DNA of 64,000 nt from the NCBI GenBank assembly GCA_001795735.1, contig MGKQ01000017.1, positions 3,326 to 67,325 of the forward strand, in the 5' to 3' direction. Numbering within the stretch: position 1 is the stretch's first letter; the number at the start of each line of letters is the position of its first letter. Source of the stretch: Candidatus Yanofskybacteria bacterium RIFCSPLOWO2_02_FULL_41_13 (GTDB lineage Bacteria > Patescibacteriota > Minisyncoccia > 2-02-FULL-40-12 > GWA2-44-9). Positions 19,057 through 29,649 of this stretch are shown here, piece by piece. Both the position numbers and the translations under genes were made by a program. The notes beneath the pieces were generated by a model, which saw nothing but the letters and a program-made list of their open reading frames with translations, was not told the DNA's origin and did no database searches.

Positions 19057-19974
19057 ATTCCGGAACTTCCAGAGGTAGAAACAATTGTCAGGGAATTGCG
19101 CAAAAAAATAATCGGTTTGAGAATAACCGATTTTTGGTCCGATAAAGAAAAGCCTGTCAAACAAGCTGGGGGAGTGGCTAAGTTTAAGAAAGAAATTACC
19201 GGCAAAGAAATAGTGGGCATTTTCCGTCGAGCTAAATTCATAGTTATTGATATTAAGGGCAATAAGTCAATTTTTATTCATCAGAAAATATCCGGCCACC
19301 TTATGTACGGCCAATGGAAGTTAAAAGTTAAAAGTGAAAAGTTAAAAGTGAAAGAAAAAGATCAAGAAACATGGATCTCGACAATACCGGGTCCTCTAGA
19401 AAATGACCGGCAAAATCAGTATATCCGATACATTTGGACATTAAGTAATGGTTATCAGCTGGCGATGTCAGATTTACGCCGTTTTAGCAGAGTAATCTTA
19501 GTTAAAGACAAGGATGTCTCAAACCTTAAAGAAATACGCAATCTGGGGCCGGAGCCTTTAGATATAAAATTTGATCAGTTTAAGAAATTATTTCAAACAA
19601 AGAGAGGGAGTTTAAAGCCTGCCTTAATGGACCCGTTCTTTATCGTCGGCATAGGCAATATATACAGCGACGAAATACTCTGGGACGCCGGCTACCACCC
19701 CTTGTCCAGAGTCGAAAAGCTCAAAGAATTAGACTTGATAAAAATATTCCGGTCAACTAATAAAATTTTAAAAAAAGCGATAAAATTAAAGGGTGACAGC
19801 ATGGACGATTACCGTCTGCCGTCTGGAGAAAAAGGGGGCTATCAAAACATCCAGAAAGCCTATCAGCAGACTGGTAAAAAATGTGCAAAAAAAGACGGAG
19901 GAACAGTCCAAAGAATCAAAGTCGGCGGACGATCGGCCCATTTCTGTTTTAAACATCAAAAAATAATAAAATGA
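19057..19974 (+). CDS. mutM: formamidopyrimidine-DNA glycosylase (Fpg/Nei family), probably initiating at ATT
   Basis: The catalytic N-terminus 'PELPEVET' must directly follow the initiator. The codon before Pro is ATT (19057-19059), with GGAG 10 nt upstream. Track ORF 18994..19974 would add 21 aa and bury the catalytic Pro. Confidence 0.65.
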   Translation: MPELPEVETIVRELRKKIIGLRITDFWSDKEKPVKQAGGVAKFKKEITGKEIVGIFRRAKFIVIDIKGNKSIFIHQKISGHLMYGQWKLKVKSEKLKVKEKDQETWISTIPGPLENDRQNQYIRYIWTLSNGYQLAMSDLRRFSRVILVKDKDVSNLKEIRNLGPEPLDIKFDQFKKLFQTKRGSLKPALMDPFFIVGIGNIYSDEILWDAGYHPLSRVEKLKELDLIKIFRSTNKILKKAIKLKGDSMDDYRLPSGEKGGYQNIQKAYQQTGKKCAKKDGGTVQRIKVGGRSAHFCFKHQKIIK

Positions 19975-21005
19975 GAGGGATTATAAAAAAGTTATCCGAA
20001 TTGACTATCAATCAAGTGCTAATTATCGGCGGAGCGATAGCTTTTATTTTTATCGTGGCTTTCTTTGTGTGGTGGCAAAAAGGAGGAGGGATTGAGATAA
20101 ATAATAACGGCGATTCCGACACAATAAGCAACCTCCCTAAAAGCCTGATTACCGGTTTGGGCTGCGAGGGAGCCGAAAACAGGCCCATAGCTGTAATGCT
20201 GGCTTCTGATCCGATTACCAGACCGTTGTCGGGTATAAGCCAAGCCGATATTGTCTTTGAAATGCCAGTTACACCAAGCGGGTTAACCAGGATTATGGCT
20301 GTATATCAATGCGAGAGTCCGGATGAGATCGGATCGGTAAGGTCGGCCAGAGAAGATTTTATTCCTTTAGCGGCAAGTTTAGGGACCGTGTTTGCCCACT
20401 GGGGAGGAGAGACAGAAGCCTTAGAAAAATTGGACGGACATATTATAGATAATATTGACGCGATGAGATATGAGACTGTCTACTTTTATAGAAAGTCCGG
20501 AATACCTCAGCCTCATAACGGGTTTACCGACTTTGAGCGCCTAGAGAAAGCGACCAAAGACTTAAAATACGATCAAAAAAATACATTTACGGGTTATCCT
20601 CGCTCTAATCAAGATTCTCCAAAAAATATTTTGAATTTGGCTGATACGATTTCTATCAACTACGAACCGCCTTTTAATATAAGTTGGCTTTACAAGAAAG
20701 ACGAGAATACCTATGCCAGAATTCGCGGAGGCAGTCCGGAAACGGATAAGAATAACGGAGTGCAGGCCCTTGCCAGCGTTGTAATAGTAATGAAAACGAC
20801 ATCTAGGCCCATAAGTAAGGACTATCAGTCCGTTATAGCTATCGGCAAAGGGAATGCCGATATATATCAGAACGGTGTTAGAATCAGCGGACAGTGGTCA
20901 AAAGATCCAAGCCGACTTGATAGTAAACTATTTTTCTATGATACTAACGGCAAGGAGATTGAATTTACCCCAGGCAAGATATGGGTGGAAATAGTTACAG
21001 AGTAA
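19971..21005 (+). CDS. DUF3048-like secreted/lipoprotein-family protein
   Basis: N-terminal TM or signal segment. 'RPIAVMLASDPITRPLSGISQADIVFEMPV' resembles DUF3048 (YerB-like). Confidence 0.5.
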   Translation: MRGIIKKLSELTINQVLIIGGAIAFIFIVAFFVWWQKGGGIEINNNGDSDTISNLPKSLITGLGCEGAENRPIAVMLASDPITRPLSGISQADIVFEMPVTPSGLTRIMAVYQCESPDEIGSVRSAREDFIPLAASLGTVFAHWGGETEALEKLDGHIIDNIDAMRYETVYFYRKSGIPQPHNGFTDFERLEKATKDLKYDQKNTFTGYPRSNQDSPKNILNLADTISINYEPPFNISWLYKKDENTYARIRGGSPETDKNNGVQALASVVIVMKTTSRPISKDYQSVIAIGKGNADIYQNGVRISGQWSKDPSRLDSKLFFYDTNGKEIEFTPGKIWVEIVTE

Positions 21006-21146
21006 AACCCGAAGCACGAAATCAGAAACAACGTATTTCCATATATTTCGCGAAGCATATTTCAATTCATTTCAGAAATACAATAGAAATAAGGTTGAAA
21101 TACGGTAGAAATAAATTGTTTTTGATATTCTAATTTCGAGTTAAAA

Positions 21147-22109
21147 ATGATCATCTTTCTATACGGTTCCGATTCTTATCGTTTAAAGCAGGCTAAAGAC
21201 GATATAATCGGCCGTTACAAAAGTAAGTACAAAAGCGGCTTTAATCTGTTTAATGTTGATTTGTCTGAAATCTCCGGCCCGGATCTTCTGGAAGAAGCTC
21301 TAAAAAGCTCCTCTTTTTTTAGTGAGCACAAACTGATAATCTCTAAAAATATTTTCGCAAAAAAAAATAGCGCCGATTTGATGGCCAGCTGTATTAAAAA
21401 GTATGAGATTGCCGACATATCGGACATCACTCTTCTGGTATTTGAGGATTCCTTGGAAAAGGAAATAATCGTCAAAAATAAAGAGTTATTTAAGCTTCTT
21501 TCAGATAAAACTAATGTTGTGAGGGTATTTGAGCCCTTGGAAGAAACAAAATTACACGGATGGATTAAAAAGGAATTTGAGGTCAGGGGATGCTCTGCGG
21601 GCCTGACAGTGGTCAAAAAACTAATTAACGCCGCAGGTAATGACGGCTGGTCCCTGATAAATGAAATAGAAAAATTGGCTGCTTATAGGCAAAGAGGGGA
21701 GATAGGGGAGGGTGATATATCTATGCTAGTTTCTGCGAAGACCGATCTCAATATATTTAATCTGATTGATGCCATCGGTTCCAGAAATAATAAAAAGGCC
21801 GCTGAACTTCTCTACTGCGAGTTAAAATCCGGCCGTGACCCGTATTATATTTTGACGATGATTACATATCAATTCCGAAACATTTTAATTGTATCCGGTC
21901 TATTTGAAAAAGGTTTTTCTCATGTCGAAATAGCAAAGAAAAGCGGACTCCACCCATTTGTTATAAAAAAAGTATTGGCCAATATTAATCGATTTAAAAC
22001 TGCTGATTTAAAAAGGATCTATACTCAGCTTCTAGGTACAGAAATCGGCTTCAAGAATGGCCAGATGAATATTGAAGACTCTTTATACGGACTTTTCTTT
22101 TCTAGCTAA
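21147..22109 (+). CDS. holA: DNA polymerase III delta subunit
   Basis: 'MIIFLYGSDSYRLKQAKDDII' plus the overall delta-subunit pattern. 320 aa. Confidence 0.65.
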   Translation: MIIFLYGSDSYRLKQAKDDIIGRYKSKYKSGFNLFNVDLSEISGPDLLEEALKSSSFFSEHKLIISKNIFAKKNSADLMASCIKKYEIADISDITLLVFEDSLEKEIIVKNKELFKLLSDKTNVVRVFEPLEETKLHGWIKKEFEVRGCSAGLTVVKKLINAAGNDGWSLINEIEKLAAYRQRGEIGEGDISMLVSAKTDLNIFNLIDAIGSRNNKKAAELLYCELKSGRDPYYILTMITYQFRNILIVSGLFEKGFSHVEIAKKSGLHPFVIKKVLANINRFKTADLKRIYTQLLGTEIGFKNGQMNIEDSLYGLFFSS

Positions 22110-22224
22110 CAACTCCTGAGCTATATACAAAAATTTGATAGGCAACGTAAGGATGTTGACTCTCCCATACTTTTGAATTATTCTTTCTACAACAGGGTCT
22201 TTAAAAACAAAAAAGGAAGGATCT

Positions 22225-24294
22225 ATGTCGCAAAAAGCTACACCGATTTCTGGTCATGAAAACCTGCTATTCCATCTAAAAGAAGTGACTGAGGGTAAGA
22301 GGAAATTTGAAACGGCTGCCAGGGGCATATCCAGAATGATTCTTGAAAAAAGAATTGAGAAAAAAACCAGAGCTGGAAAGACCGTGTATGATTATGAATT
22401 TTTCCGTCAGGGGTCAAAACATATTATTGGATGGTATGATGAGATTAACGATTTTGTTCACTTCGTAAAAGATGCGGCTGAAGGCGGATCTGCCAAAGAG
22501 AACGCTTTTGTTCTGGTAGGAGAGCCTGGAAATGGCAAGACTTTTTTCGTAGATTTCATTTGCGCAAAATATAGACAATTTTTGTCTAGATCAGAAAATC
22601 ATAAATACACTTTTAAATTTACAGGATTAGATAAAACGCTTAACTACCATAAAAATGTTGCGGAGCTTCATTCTCTAACGTTTGAGGATCCGATGATTCT
22701 GGCCATGAATCTTTACGGCGGCAACGATAAATCAAAAGGTTTTATTGCCGAACAAGGTTTCGGAGATAATCAGATAGATCTTCTATACAATGACTATCGT
22801 TCGCTAGGTGCATCCACAGAATACTTATGGCACAAACTTCTTGCATACTTTAACGGGGATACCCTAAAAGCACTCGAGCAAGTACAGGTTATTCCGGTTC
22901 CAGTTCAAGAAAGTCTGGGTACTATAACCGGTAAATACTCCGCTAAAGATAAAATTACATCTTCGTCTGTTGATCTTCTTGGAGAGGAATCTCTTCAGCT
23001 TATTTTGTTGCTTCCGCCGGGAGATCCAAATAAGTTTGATCTGCGTCGAGGAGCCTTGGCTCGCGTTGCCGGTTCAGGAATACACTTTGCCGATGAAATG
23101 TTTAAAAACAAAACGGATCTTGTTAAAATTTATCTTCAGGTTATTCAGAATAGAAATATAGAACTGGATGGGTTTATTTGGCCCATCGACACCATGATTA
23201 TCGCAACTTCAAACAACTGGGAGTATAACCGCTTTGTTTCCGAGAAGGAAGAATCTCCGATAAAAGACAGGTGCCGAATTTGCTATGTGGGTCATAATAC
23301 CGACTACAAGCTTCAGCAAGAGCTTACAAGATATTCTCTGGGCAGTCAGAAAAAAACAACCGTTCTTGGAAAAAACATGCATGAGGATCCCAATCTTAAT
23401 TACGCTATTTCCGTAGGAATGGCCCTAACTCGCCTTCCTTACTCGGAGAAGCTTACCCCGATTGAAACCATGAAGCTTGAAGCCGGTGAAACGGCTGGCG
23501 AGAAAGGAATTAAAACCTTATCAGAAGTTAAAGATGTCGCAAATGCTAACTCGGATGTTACCAAAAGATGGGGCCAAAAAGGTTTAGGTCATCGTGATGA
23601 GGGCCGAGTTTTGCAGATATTGGCGACTATGTCTGAAAGCAATGAAGGGGAGTGCCTCTTTGCTAAAGATGTTTTTCGGGCCATGGAAAGAGTGATCTTG
23701 GATTACGTTACCGAATCCGCAGACAGGGATAAGTACCTCAAGGATATAAAAATTGCCAAACAATTATACCGTGAACAGGTGAAAAAAACCATCTTTAACG
23801 CTTATCGAGATGATGAAAATGCTATCCGTAAGGACGTTATGTCTTACATTAACATGATTATTGCCGTGGGTGCCGAGAATCTAGGCCCGGACATGATCTG
23901 GACATATATAGATCGCCAAACTCTTAAAACTACATCAATCAAGATTGATACAAGTTTTGTTAACAGCGTAGAAGCGAGACTGGGTCTTTCTAATAATGAA
24001 AGACAAGAGTCGTATCGAAATATGATTAGAAAAATCTTTGGGCAAAAAGCAGTATCAGATCCCAATTATGATTTTATGGATAACCACGAACTGGTAAATG
24101 CAGTAACTCAGGTTAGGTTAGAGTCAGATGTCGCTGGGGCAGGTAGTCTGGTCGGAGCTTTAGCGAATAGAACCAACGAAGAGAATGTTAAGATTTATAA
24201 CAGAATGATAGAAACTATGAAGAAGCTGGGATATTGCACTACATGTGCTCATAAAACAATTGAGTACTTCTGCGAGAAAGATGATGAAAGCTAG
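22225..24294 (+). CDS. prkA: PrkA-family AAA+ serine protein kinase-like protein (YeaG-like)
   Basis: Walker A 'VLVGEPGNGKTFFVDF' lies at about residue 100. Size (689 aa) and architecture fit PrkA. Confidence 0.7.
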   Translation: MSQKATPISGHENLLFHLKEVTEGKRKFETAARGISRMILEKRIEKKTRAGKTVYDYEFFRQGSKHIIGWYDEINDFVHFVKDAAEGGSAKENAFVLVGEPGNGKTFFVDFICAKYRQFLSRSENHKYTFKFTGLDKTLNYHKNVAELHSLTFEDPMILAMNLYGGNDKSKGFIAEQGFGDNQIDLLYNDYRSLGASTEYLWHKLLAYFNGDTLKALEQVQVIPVPVQESLGTITGKYSAKDKITSSSVDLLGEESLQLILLLPPGDPNKFDLRRGALARVAGSGIHFADEMFKNKTDLVKIYLQVIQNRNIELDGFIWPIDTMIIATSNNWEYNRFVSEKEESPIKDRCRICYVGHNTDYKLQQELTRYSLGSQKKTTVLGKNMHEDPNLNYAISVGMALTRLPYSEKLTPIETMKLEAGETAGEKGIKTLSEVKDVANANSDVTKRWGQKGLGHRDEGRVLQILATMSESNEGECLFAKDVFRAMERVILDYVTESADRDKYLKDIKIAKQLYREQVKKTIFNAYRDDENAIRKDVMSYINMIIAVGAENLGPDMIWTYIDRQTLKTTSIKIDTSFVNSVEARLGLSNNERQESYRNMIRKIFGQKAVSDPNYDFMDNHELVNAVTQVRLESDVAGAGSLVGALANRTNEENVKIYNRMIETMKKLGYCTTCAHKTIEYFCEKDDES

Positions 24295-24317
24295 GGTGAG
24301 TAGAATGAGGCCTTTTT

Positions 24318-25475
24318 ATGCCCTCTGAATCTTTTGATGAACTTTTAAAAAGAGATGCCTTAAGAGAAAAAGATGGGTTTGAAAAAAGAATAAAAATAAG
24401 ACGTATTCTCGCTGGACCGGGGAAAATAATAGCTATTCCGTATGTTGTTGAAGAAAAGCTTATTCATGGCGATTTTGAGCCAACAGGCGAGCATGGACAA
24501 GATGAAGCAGGGCGCGGTGAAGGTGAGGTTGGAAGCGTGGTAGCTGAAATACCCATCTGGGGTGATGAAGGAGAGGGTGACATAGATTCAGAAAGTGATT
24601 CCAATGCCGGAGACGGTGAGGGGAGTCATGGTATTGAAACGGAAGCCTACCAACTAGGTAAAGAGCTCTCGGAGAAACTAAAGCTGCCCAATCTCAAGGA
24701 TAAGGTAAAAAAGGTGCCGACCGATGAATATATTTACGATTTAACCGACAGACATAAAGGATCCGGCCAGCTTCTTGATAAAAAGGAAACTCTAAAAAGT
24801 ATAATTAAGAGCAATAAGATCCTCGACCGTTTAGATGAGAATAATCCCGATATGACAAATCTTGTGGTTGGTCCGCAAGATAAGGTTTACCGGGTTCTTT
24901 CCAGGGAAAGAATTTGGAAATCACAAGCGGTAGTATTCTTCTTACGAGATTATTCCGGTTCAATGATTGGTTATCCAACCCGGGCAATAATAAGTCAGCA
25001 TCTCATGCTATATTCTTGGCTATTGTTCCAATATGAAAAACTTGTAATCCCGAGATTTATCGTTCACGACACGGTTGCTAAAGAAGTTTCAGTAGATAAT
25101 TACTTCAAAGTAGCTTCAGGCGGGGGAACTCTTATCCCATCTGCGTATAAGCTGATCAACCAGATAGTCGAAGAAGAAAATCTTACTCGTGACTATAATA
25201 TTTATGTTTTTCAAGGAACGGATGGCGATGATTCAGACGAAGGAGAGCTGGCGGTACCGGAGATAGAAATAATATTAAGTTATGTTAACTTGATGGGCGT
25301 AAGTCTTTTAGGAACGCCTTATAATGAGGGCAGAGAAACTGAGTTTGAGAAATATATAAAAATAGGGAGGTTTATTGAAAGAAATAACATTTTTAGAATG
25401 CACAAAATGTCTTATCGCAACCCGAGTGATAAAGAAAATGAGGAGGCAATCAAGGCACTTGTCACCAGCGGGTAG
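24318..25475 (+). CDS. DUF444 (YeaH/YhbH) vWA-like protein
   Basis: Acidic N-terminal region. The vWA MIDAS-like motif 'FFLRDYSGSM' is present. Confidence 0.7.
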   Translation: MPSESFDELLKRDALREKDGFEKRIKIRRILAGPGKIIAIPYVVEEKLIHGDFEPTGEHGQDEAGRGEGEVGSVVAEIPIWGDEGEGDIDSESDSNAGDGEGSHGIETEAYQLGKELSEKLKLPNLKDKVKKVPTDEYIYDLTDRHKGSGQLLDKKETLKSIIKSNKILDRLDENNPDMTNLVVGPQDKVYRVLSRERIWKSQAVVFFLRDYSGSMIGYPTRAIISQHLMLYSWLLFQYEKLVIPRFIVHDTVAKEVSVDNYFKVASGGGTLIPSAYKLINQIVEEENLTRDYNIYVFQGTDGDDSDEGELAVPEIEIILSYVNLMGVSLLGTPYNEGRETEFEKYIKIGRFIERNNIFRMHKMSYRNPSDKENEEAIKALVTSG

Positions 25476-25599
25476 AGCTATAAAATTAAAGGACGAATGT
25501 ATCGTCCTTTTTTATTTTGTGAAGAATACTTGTATTTATCCTATAATTTTATAGATTAGGAGAAGTACATTTAAAATATTACCTAGGTCAGGAGAGATA

Positions 25600-27309
25600 A
25601 TGGAGCTAATAAGTCAAAAAACCAAGGAAATAATGGAAGAATGCAAGAAGCGAGCTTTATCTGCCGGATTGAGTTTTAAAGGAGAAAGCCTGGAGTATAT
25701 AGTAACTAATCAAGGCTTCCTTGAGCTTAGTCCAAAAGTAATGATTCCGACACTGTATGATTTCTGGGCTGATGACGTAGAAATTGTAAGAAATAAGTGG
25801 CTTTACAACGTTTATCCGCACAACCCCTATGAAACGGTTATCAATACAAGGCCTCCCATGTCATTTTACAATGATAATAATCCAGACTGGCTTAATGTAA
25901 TGATATTTTACCATGTTCTAGGCCACATAGATTTCTTTCAGAATAATGTTTTTTTTAGAAATACATGGAATGATGATTTTTGCGGCCAAGCCTTAGCTGA
26001 TAAGCGCCTGATCAACCGAATTCGCGAAGAGATGGGTGACAAAAAAAGATGGGTGGATTATGTAATTGAATTTGCCAGAGGTATCGATAACCTAGTTGGT
26101 TACTACGGTGAACTTGGAGAAGATGACAAGTCTGTATCAGGGAATGTGCTAGGGACACTTTCGGAGAGAATAAGATTTTACTTCGGGGAATTTCTTAAAA
26201 ATCATTATGAGAGCAAGACAGTTCCGATTAAATTCTACTACGACGAAATAAGCCGTCTCAATTTGTCTCAAGAACAGTTTGGTCAAAAGGTCGGAGAAGA
26301 GGTTTTTTTTGATGACCCGTTTCTAAAAAGCAAGTTCCCGGAGTTTAAGAACGCTTTTGAAAAAAAAGACAAGAAAAATAAATTAAAACCGAAAGATATA
26401 CTTCAGTATCTTGTAGAAAATTCAGACTTCATAAATAAGGACGAAAATAAGTGGATGAAGGATATCCTTGGAATAGTAAGAAGGACGTCGTTATATTTCC
26501 AGCCCCAGATAAGAACTAAAAATTCACATGAAGGCTGGGCAAGTCTTTGGCACGAAAGATTGTTTGTAGCTGACCCCAGGATTAAATCTCACGAGGTTGG
26601 TTTTGCCCTGACTAATTCCAAGGTTGTAGTTGATCCGCCTGGCGGAATCGGACTTAATCCGTATATAGGATTCAAGCGTCTTTACGAATTTATCGAAGGG
26701 ATGGCTATGAAAGGAAAACTTTCTGCCGAATATCAATTGCTGGAAGATGCGGAAGCCAGAAAAAACTTTGATAAAAAGCTTGGAGAAGACGCCGGGAAAA
26801 ATACTCTGCTAGAGATAAGAAAGAACCTCAACGACTCCATGTTGGTTAATTTTCTTTCCGACGATGACTTTCAGGATTTTGTTGATAAACACAATCTTTT
26901 TGTGGCCGGACGCCGACTTAACCCGGACAAATTGGTTATCGAAATATATATTAAGTCGCGTAGCGGAAGGGAATATAGAAAAATGCTTAATGACAGCTTA
27001 TACCACCCGCCAAGTATATTAATCAATGAGGATAAGTCCAGGGAAGGAGAGCTTTATCTCGATCATGTATTCGAAGGCAGAACTTTAGTTACAGAATATA
27101 TTCCTGCCGTGTTAATGGGCTTGTCGTATCTTGCCGGAAATACAATTAGCCTAGAAACAACTGAATTTGATATCGAAAGAGAAGAGAGAGAAAATTTACT
27201 TTTTGATCCGGAGTATACGCCTTATTATAAAAGATTTCGAGTTCGTTACACCTGCAAAGATAAGGTCATAGAAAAAACCATGCTTTCCGCAGATGAGATA
27301 GGGGGGTAA
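25600..27309 (+). CDS. spoVR: SpoVR-family protein (YcgB-like)
   Basis: 'YHVLGHIDFFQNNVFF' and 'HEGWASLWHERL' are conserved SpoVR-type signatures. Confidence 0.7.
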   Translation: MELISQKTKEIMEECKKRALSAGLSFKGESLEYIVTNQGFLELSPKVMIPTLYDFWADDVEIVRNKWLYNVYPHNPYETVINTRPPMSFYNDNNPDWLNVMIFYHVLGHIDFFQNNVFFRNTWNDDFCGQALADKRLINRIREEMGDKKRWVDYVIEFARGIDNLVGYYGELGEDDKSVSGNVLGTLSERIRFYFGEFLKNHYESKTVPIKFYYDEISRLNLSQEQFGQKVGEEVFFDDPFLKSKFPEFKNAFEKKDKKNKLKPKDILQYLVENSDFINKDENKWMKDILGIVRRTSLYFQPQIRTKNSHEGWASLWHERLFVADPRIKSHEVGFALTNSKVVVDPPGGIGLNPYIGFKRLYEFIEGMAMKGKLSAEYQLLEDAEARKNFDKKLGEDAGKNTLLEIRKNLNDSMLVNFLSDDDFQDFVDKHNLFVAGRRLNPDKLVIEIYIKSRSGREYRKMLNDSLYHPPSILINEDKSREGELYLDHVFEGRTLVTEYIPAVLMGLSYLAGNTISLETTEFDIEREERENLLFDPEYTPYYKRFRVRYTCKDKVIEKTMLSADEIGG

Positions 27310-27312
27310 TCT

Positions 27313-29538
27313 ATGGGCAAACACGAAACTTTAAAAAGTTTTTATTCCGAAGATACGGCCGAACAAAGGAACAAGACAAAGCTTGCCTTAGAATCTCTTA
27401 AAAGTAGTGTCGAGGGTAAGGAAAAAAGATTAATCCTTGATTTCGAAGATTATCTTGAAATAGCGCGAAAAGAGCCTCGCAGGGTTTTTAGAAATATTTT
27501 CCAACTGTTTTCTGACATGGTAACTAGTTATGTCGGTGAGGGAGAAGATGAATACCCGAATGACCCTGAGAGTATCGGTTTCGTAAAATATAATTGTTCA
27601 AAAATTTTTGAGCAAAGATCCGACAACCCGTTCTTTGCCGATAGATTGTTTGCAAATAGATTTATAGGGCAAATGCGTCTGTTAAAACAGGGGTCTCAAC
27701 AAAATCGGATATACATATACGAAGGTCCACAAGGATGCGGTAAGAGTACGTTCTTAAATAACCTTCTCCGTACATTCGAAGAATACACTGACACCGAAGA
27801 GGGAAGGACCTTTGAAATTTTTTGGGACATTAAGCTGGACGGAAAAGAAGTAAAAGTTTCTTGTCCAAGCCATGACAATCCGATACTCCTCATCCCTAAG
27901 AGCTATCGAATCTCTTTTCTTGACAACCTGCTTTCACCGGAGAAATTAACAGAATTAGATTACCAGCTTACTCATGAAAAAGAATATGAGTGGTTATTTA
28001 AAAATGAGGCTTGCACTATTTGCAAATCTCTTTTCAGGGCGTTGATTGATAAGGTCGGTTCTCTAGATGCAGTCTTAAAAATGGTTAAGGTGCGTTATTA
28101 CAAGTTTGACCGGAGGTTAGGAGAGGGGATTAGTGTTTTTAATCCCGGCGATAAACCGATGAAGGAAGCTTACTTAACTGACAAACAAATTCAGGAAAAA
28201 CTCGATGAAACTTTCGGAGCTAATCTTGTAAAATACGTATTTTCGCGTTACGCCAAAACGAATAATGGCATCTATGTTTTAACCGATATAAAATCACACA
28301 ATAAAGACCGGCTTTTAGAACTTCATAATGTTATTTCTGAGGGCGTGCACAAGGTCAATGGAATAATAGAAGAAAGTATAAGTTCCCTTTTTATTGCTCT
28401 AATGAACCCGGAGGACAAAAAGAGTATAGAAGATGAGAAGGTCGGATCACTGCAGGGGAGAATAAGATATACAAAAATATCCTATGTGCTGGATGTACCA
28501 ACTGAGGTTAAAATATATCATAGTATATTCGGGGACCAAATCAATTCTTATTTTCTTCCCGGGGTGTTAGAAAACTTTGCAAGAATAATAATTTCTTCGA
28601 GAATGAACTCAGAGTCTAAGCCACTTCAAGAATGGATTCCCGATGTTAAAAAATATAAAAAGTACTGTGATGAATCCGGCTTGCTTTTAAGGATGGAGAT
28701 TTACAGCGGAGTAATTCCAGCGTGGTTGTCCGAAGAAGATAAAAAGGGATTAACAGCTAAATTCCGACGCAGACTTATTGCTCAAGGCGAACAAGAAGGA
28801 GAAGGCGGTTTTTCGGTCAGAGATTCAATAAGATTTTTTGGCGAATTCGTTAACCGTTATTGCGGTAAAACAAGTTTGGCAAACATGCGCAATGTTTCCG
28901 ACTATTTTAAAAAGGTTTTAAGCAGAGAGCAGAGAAATCAGAATATACCGCCGAAATTTATTGATTCAGTTGTAGATTGGTACAACTATACGGTTCTCAG
29001 CCAGATAAAAGAATCCCTTTATCTCTATGATAAAAAGCAGATATCGGAGAATATTCTAAATTATCTTTATGCGATTAATTATGATGTCGGCAACAAAGTG
29101 AGATGTAATTGGACTCAGCAAGATTTCGAAGTGACCCTGGAATTGTTAAAAACAACAGGCTCTTACTTTGTGGGTAAAGAGCTGGACGATAGAAACACTC
29201 TTAATTTAGCAAGAAGCCTTCAGCTAAAGTATGTTGAAGTTATTGCTCAAGGAAAAGAAAGTAAAATAGTAGAAACGGAACTGTATTGTAATTTGTTCGA
29301 TTCCTATATCAGACATCTTAAAGAAAGGACTTTCGAGCCGTTCTTAAAGAATAATAACTTCAAAGACATCGTATCATCTTTCGGAACCAAAGAGTTTGAG
29401 ACATTTGATACTCGCCTGAAGCTGCATGTTTCCCACATGATTAAAAACTTGATAGAGAAATTTAACTATACCGAGAGGGGTGCCAAAGAAATTTGTTTGT
29501 ATGCAGTAGATCAAAGTTTGGTTGAAAAGTTCTCTTAA
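27313..29538 (+). CDS. second PrkA-like AAA+ protein (paralog)
   Basis: Walker A 'YIYEGPQGCGKSTFLNNLL' lies at about residue 130. 741 aa with PrkA-like organisation. Confidence 0.55.
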   Translation: MGKHETLKSFYSEDTAEQRNKTKLALESLKSSVEGKEKRLILDFEDYLEIARKEPRRVFRNIFQLFSDMVTSYVGEGEDEYPNDPESIGFVKYNCSKIFEQRSDNPFFADRLFANRFIGQMRLLKQGSQQNRIYIYEGPQGCGKSTFLNNLLRTFEEYTDTEEGRTFEIFWDIKLDGKEVKVSCPSHDNPILLIPKSYRISFLDNLLSPEKLTELDYQLTHEKEYEWLFKNEACTICKSLFRALIDKVGSLDAVLKMVKVRYYKFDRRLGEGISVFNPGDKPMKEAYLTDKQIQEKLDETFGANLVKYVFSRYAKTNNGIYVLTDIKSHNKDRLLELHNVISEGVHKVNGIIEESISSLFIALMNPEDKKSIEDEKVGSLQGRIRYTKISYVLDVPTEVKIYHSIFGDQINSYFLPGVLENFARIIISSRMNSESKPLQEWIPDVKKYKKYCDESGLLLRMEIYSGVIPAWLSEEDKKGLTAKFRRRLIAQGEQEGEGGFSVRDSIRFFGEFVNRYCGKTSLANMRNVSDYFKKVLSREQRNQNIPPKFIDSVVDWYNYTVLSQIKESLYLYDKKQISENILNYLYAINYDVGNKVRCNWTQQDFEVTLELLKTTGSYFVGKELDDRNTLNLARSLQLKYVEVIAQGKESKIVETELYCNLFDSYIRHLKERTFEPFLKNNNFKDIVSSFGTKEFETFDTRLKLHVSHMIKNLIEKFNYTERGAKEICLYAVDQSLVEKFS

Positions 29539-29543
29539 TTAAT

Positions 29544-29565
29544 CCCGCATCTGCGGGGTTTTTTA
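29544..29565 (+). terminator. intrinsic terminator (cccgca-tct-gcgggg, then T6)
   Basis: Read directly. Confidence 0.6.
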
Positions 29566-29649
29566 TATCACCGCAGAACCAACCGGTTAATTGTTGCTTT
29601 TATTGTTTATTTCATTATACTTCCGATAACGTTGGTTCTTTAAAAAGGA

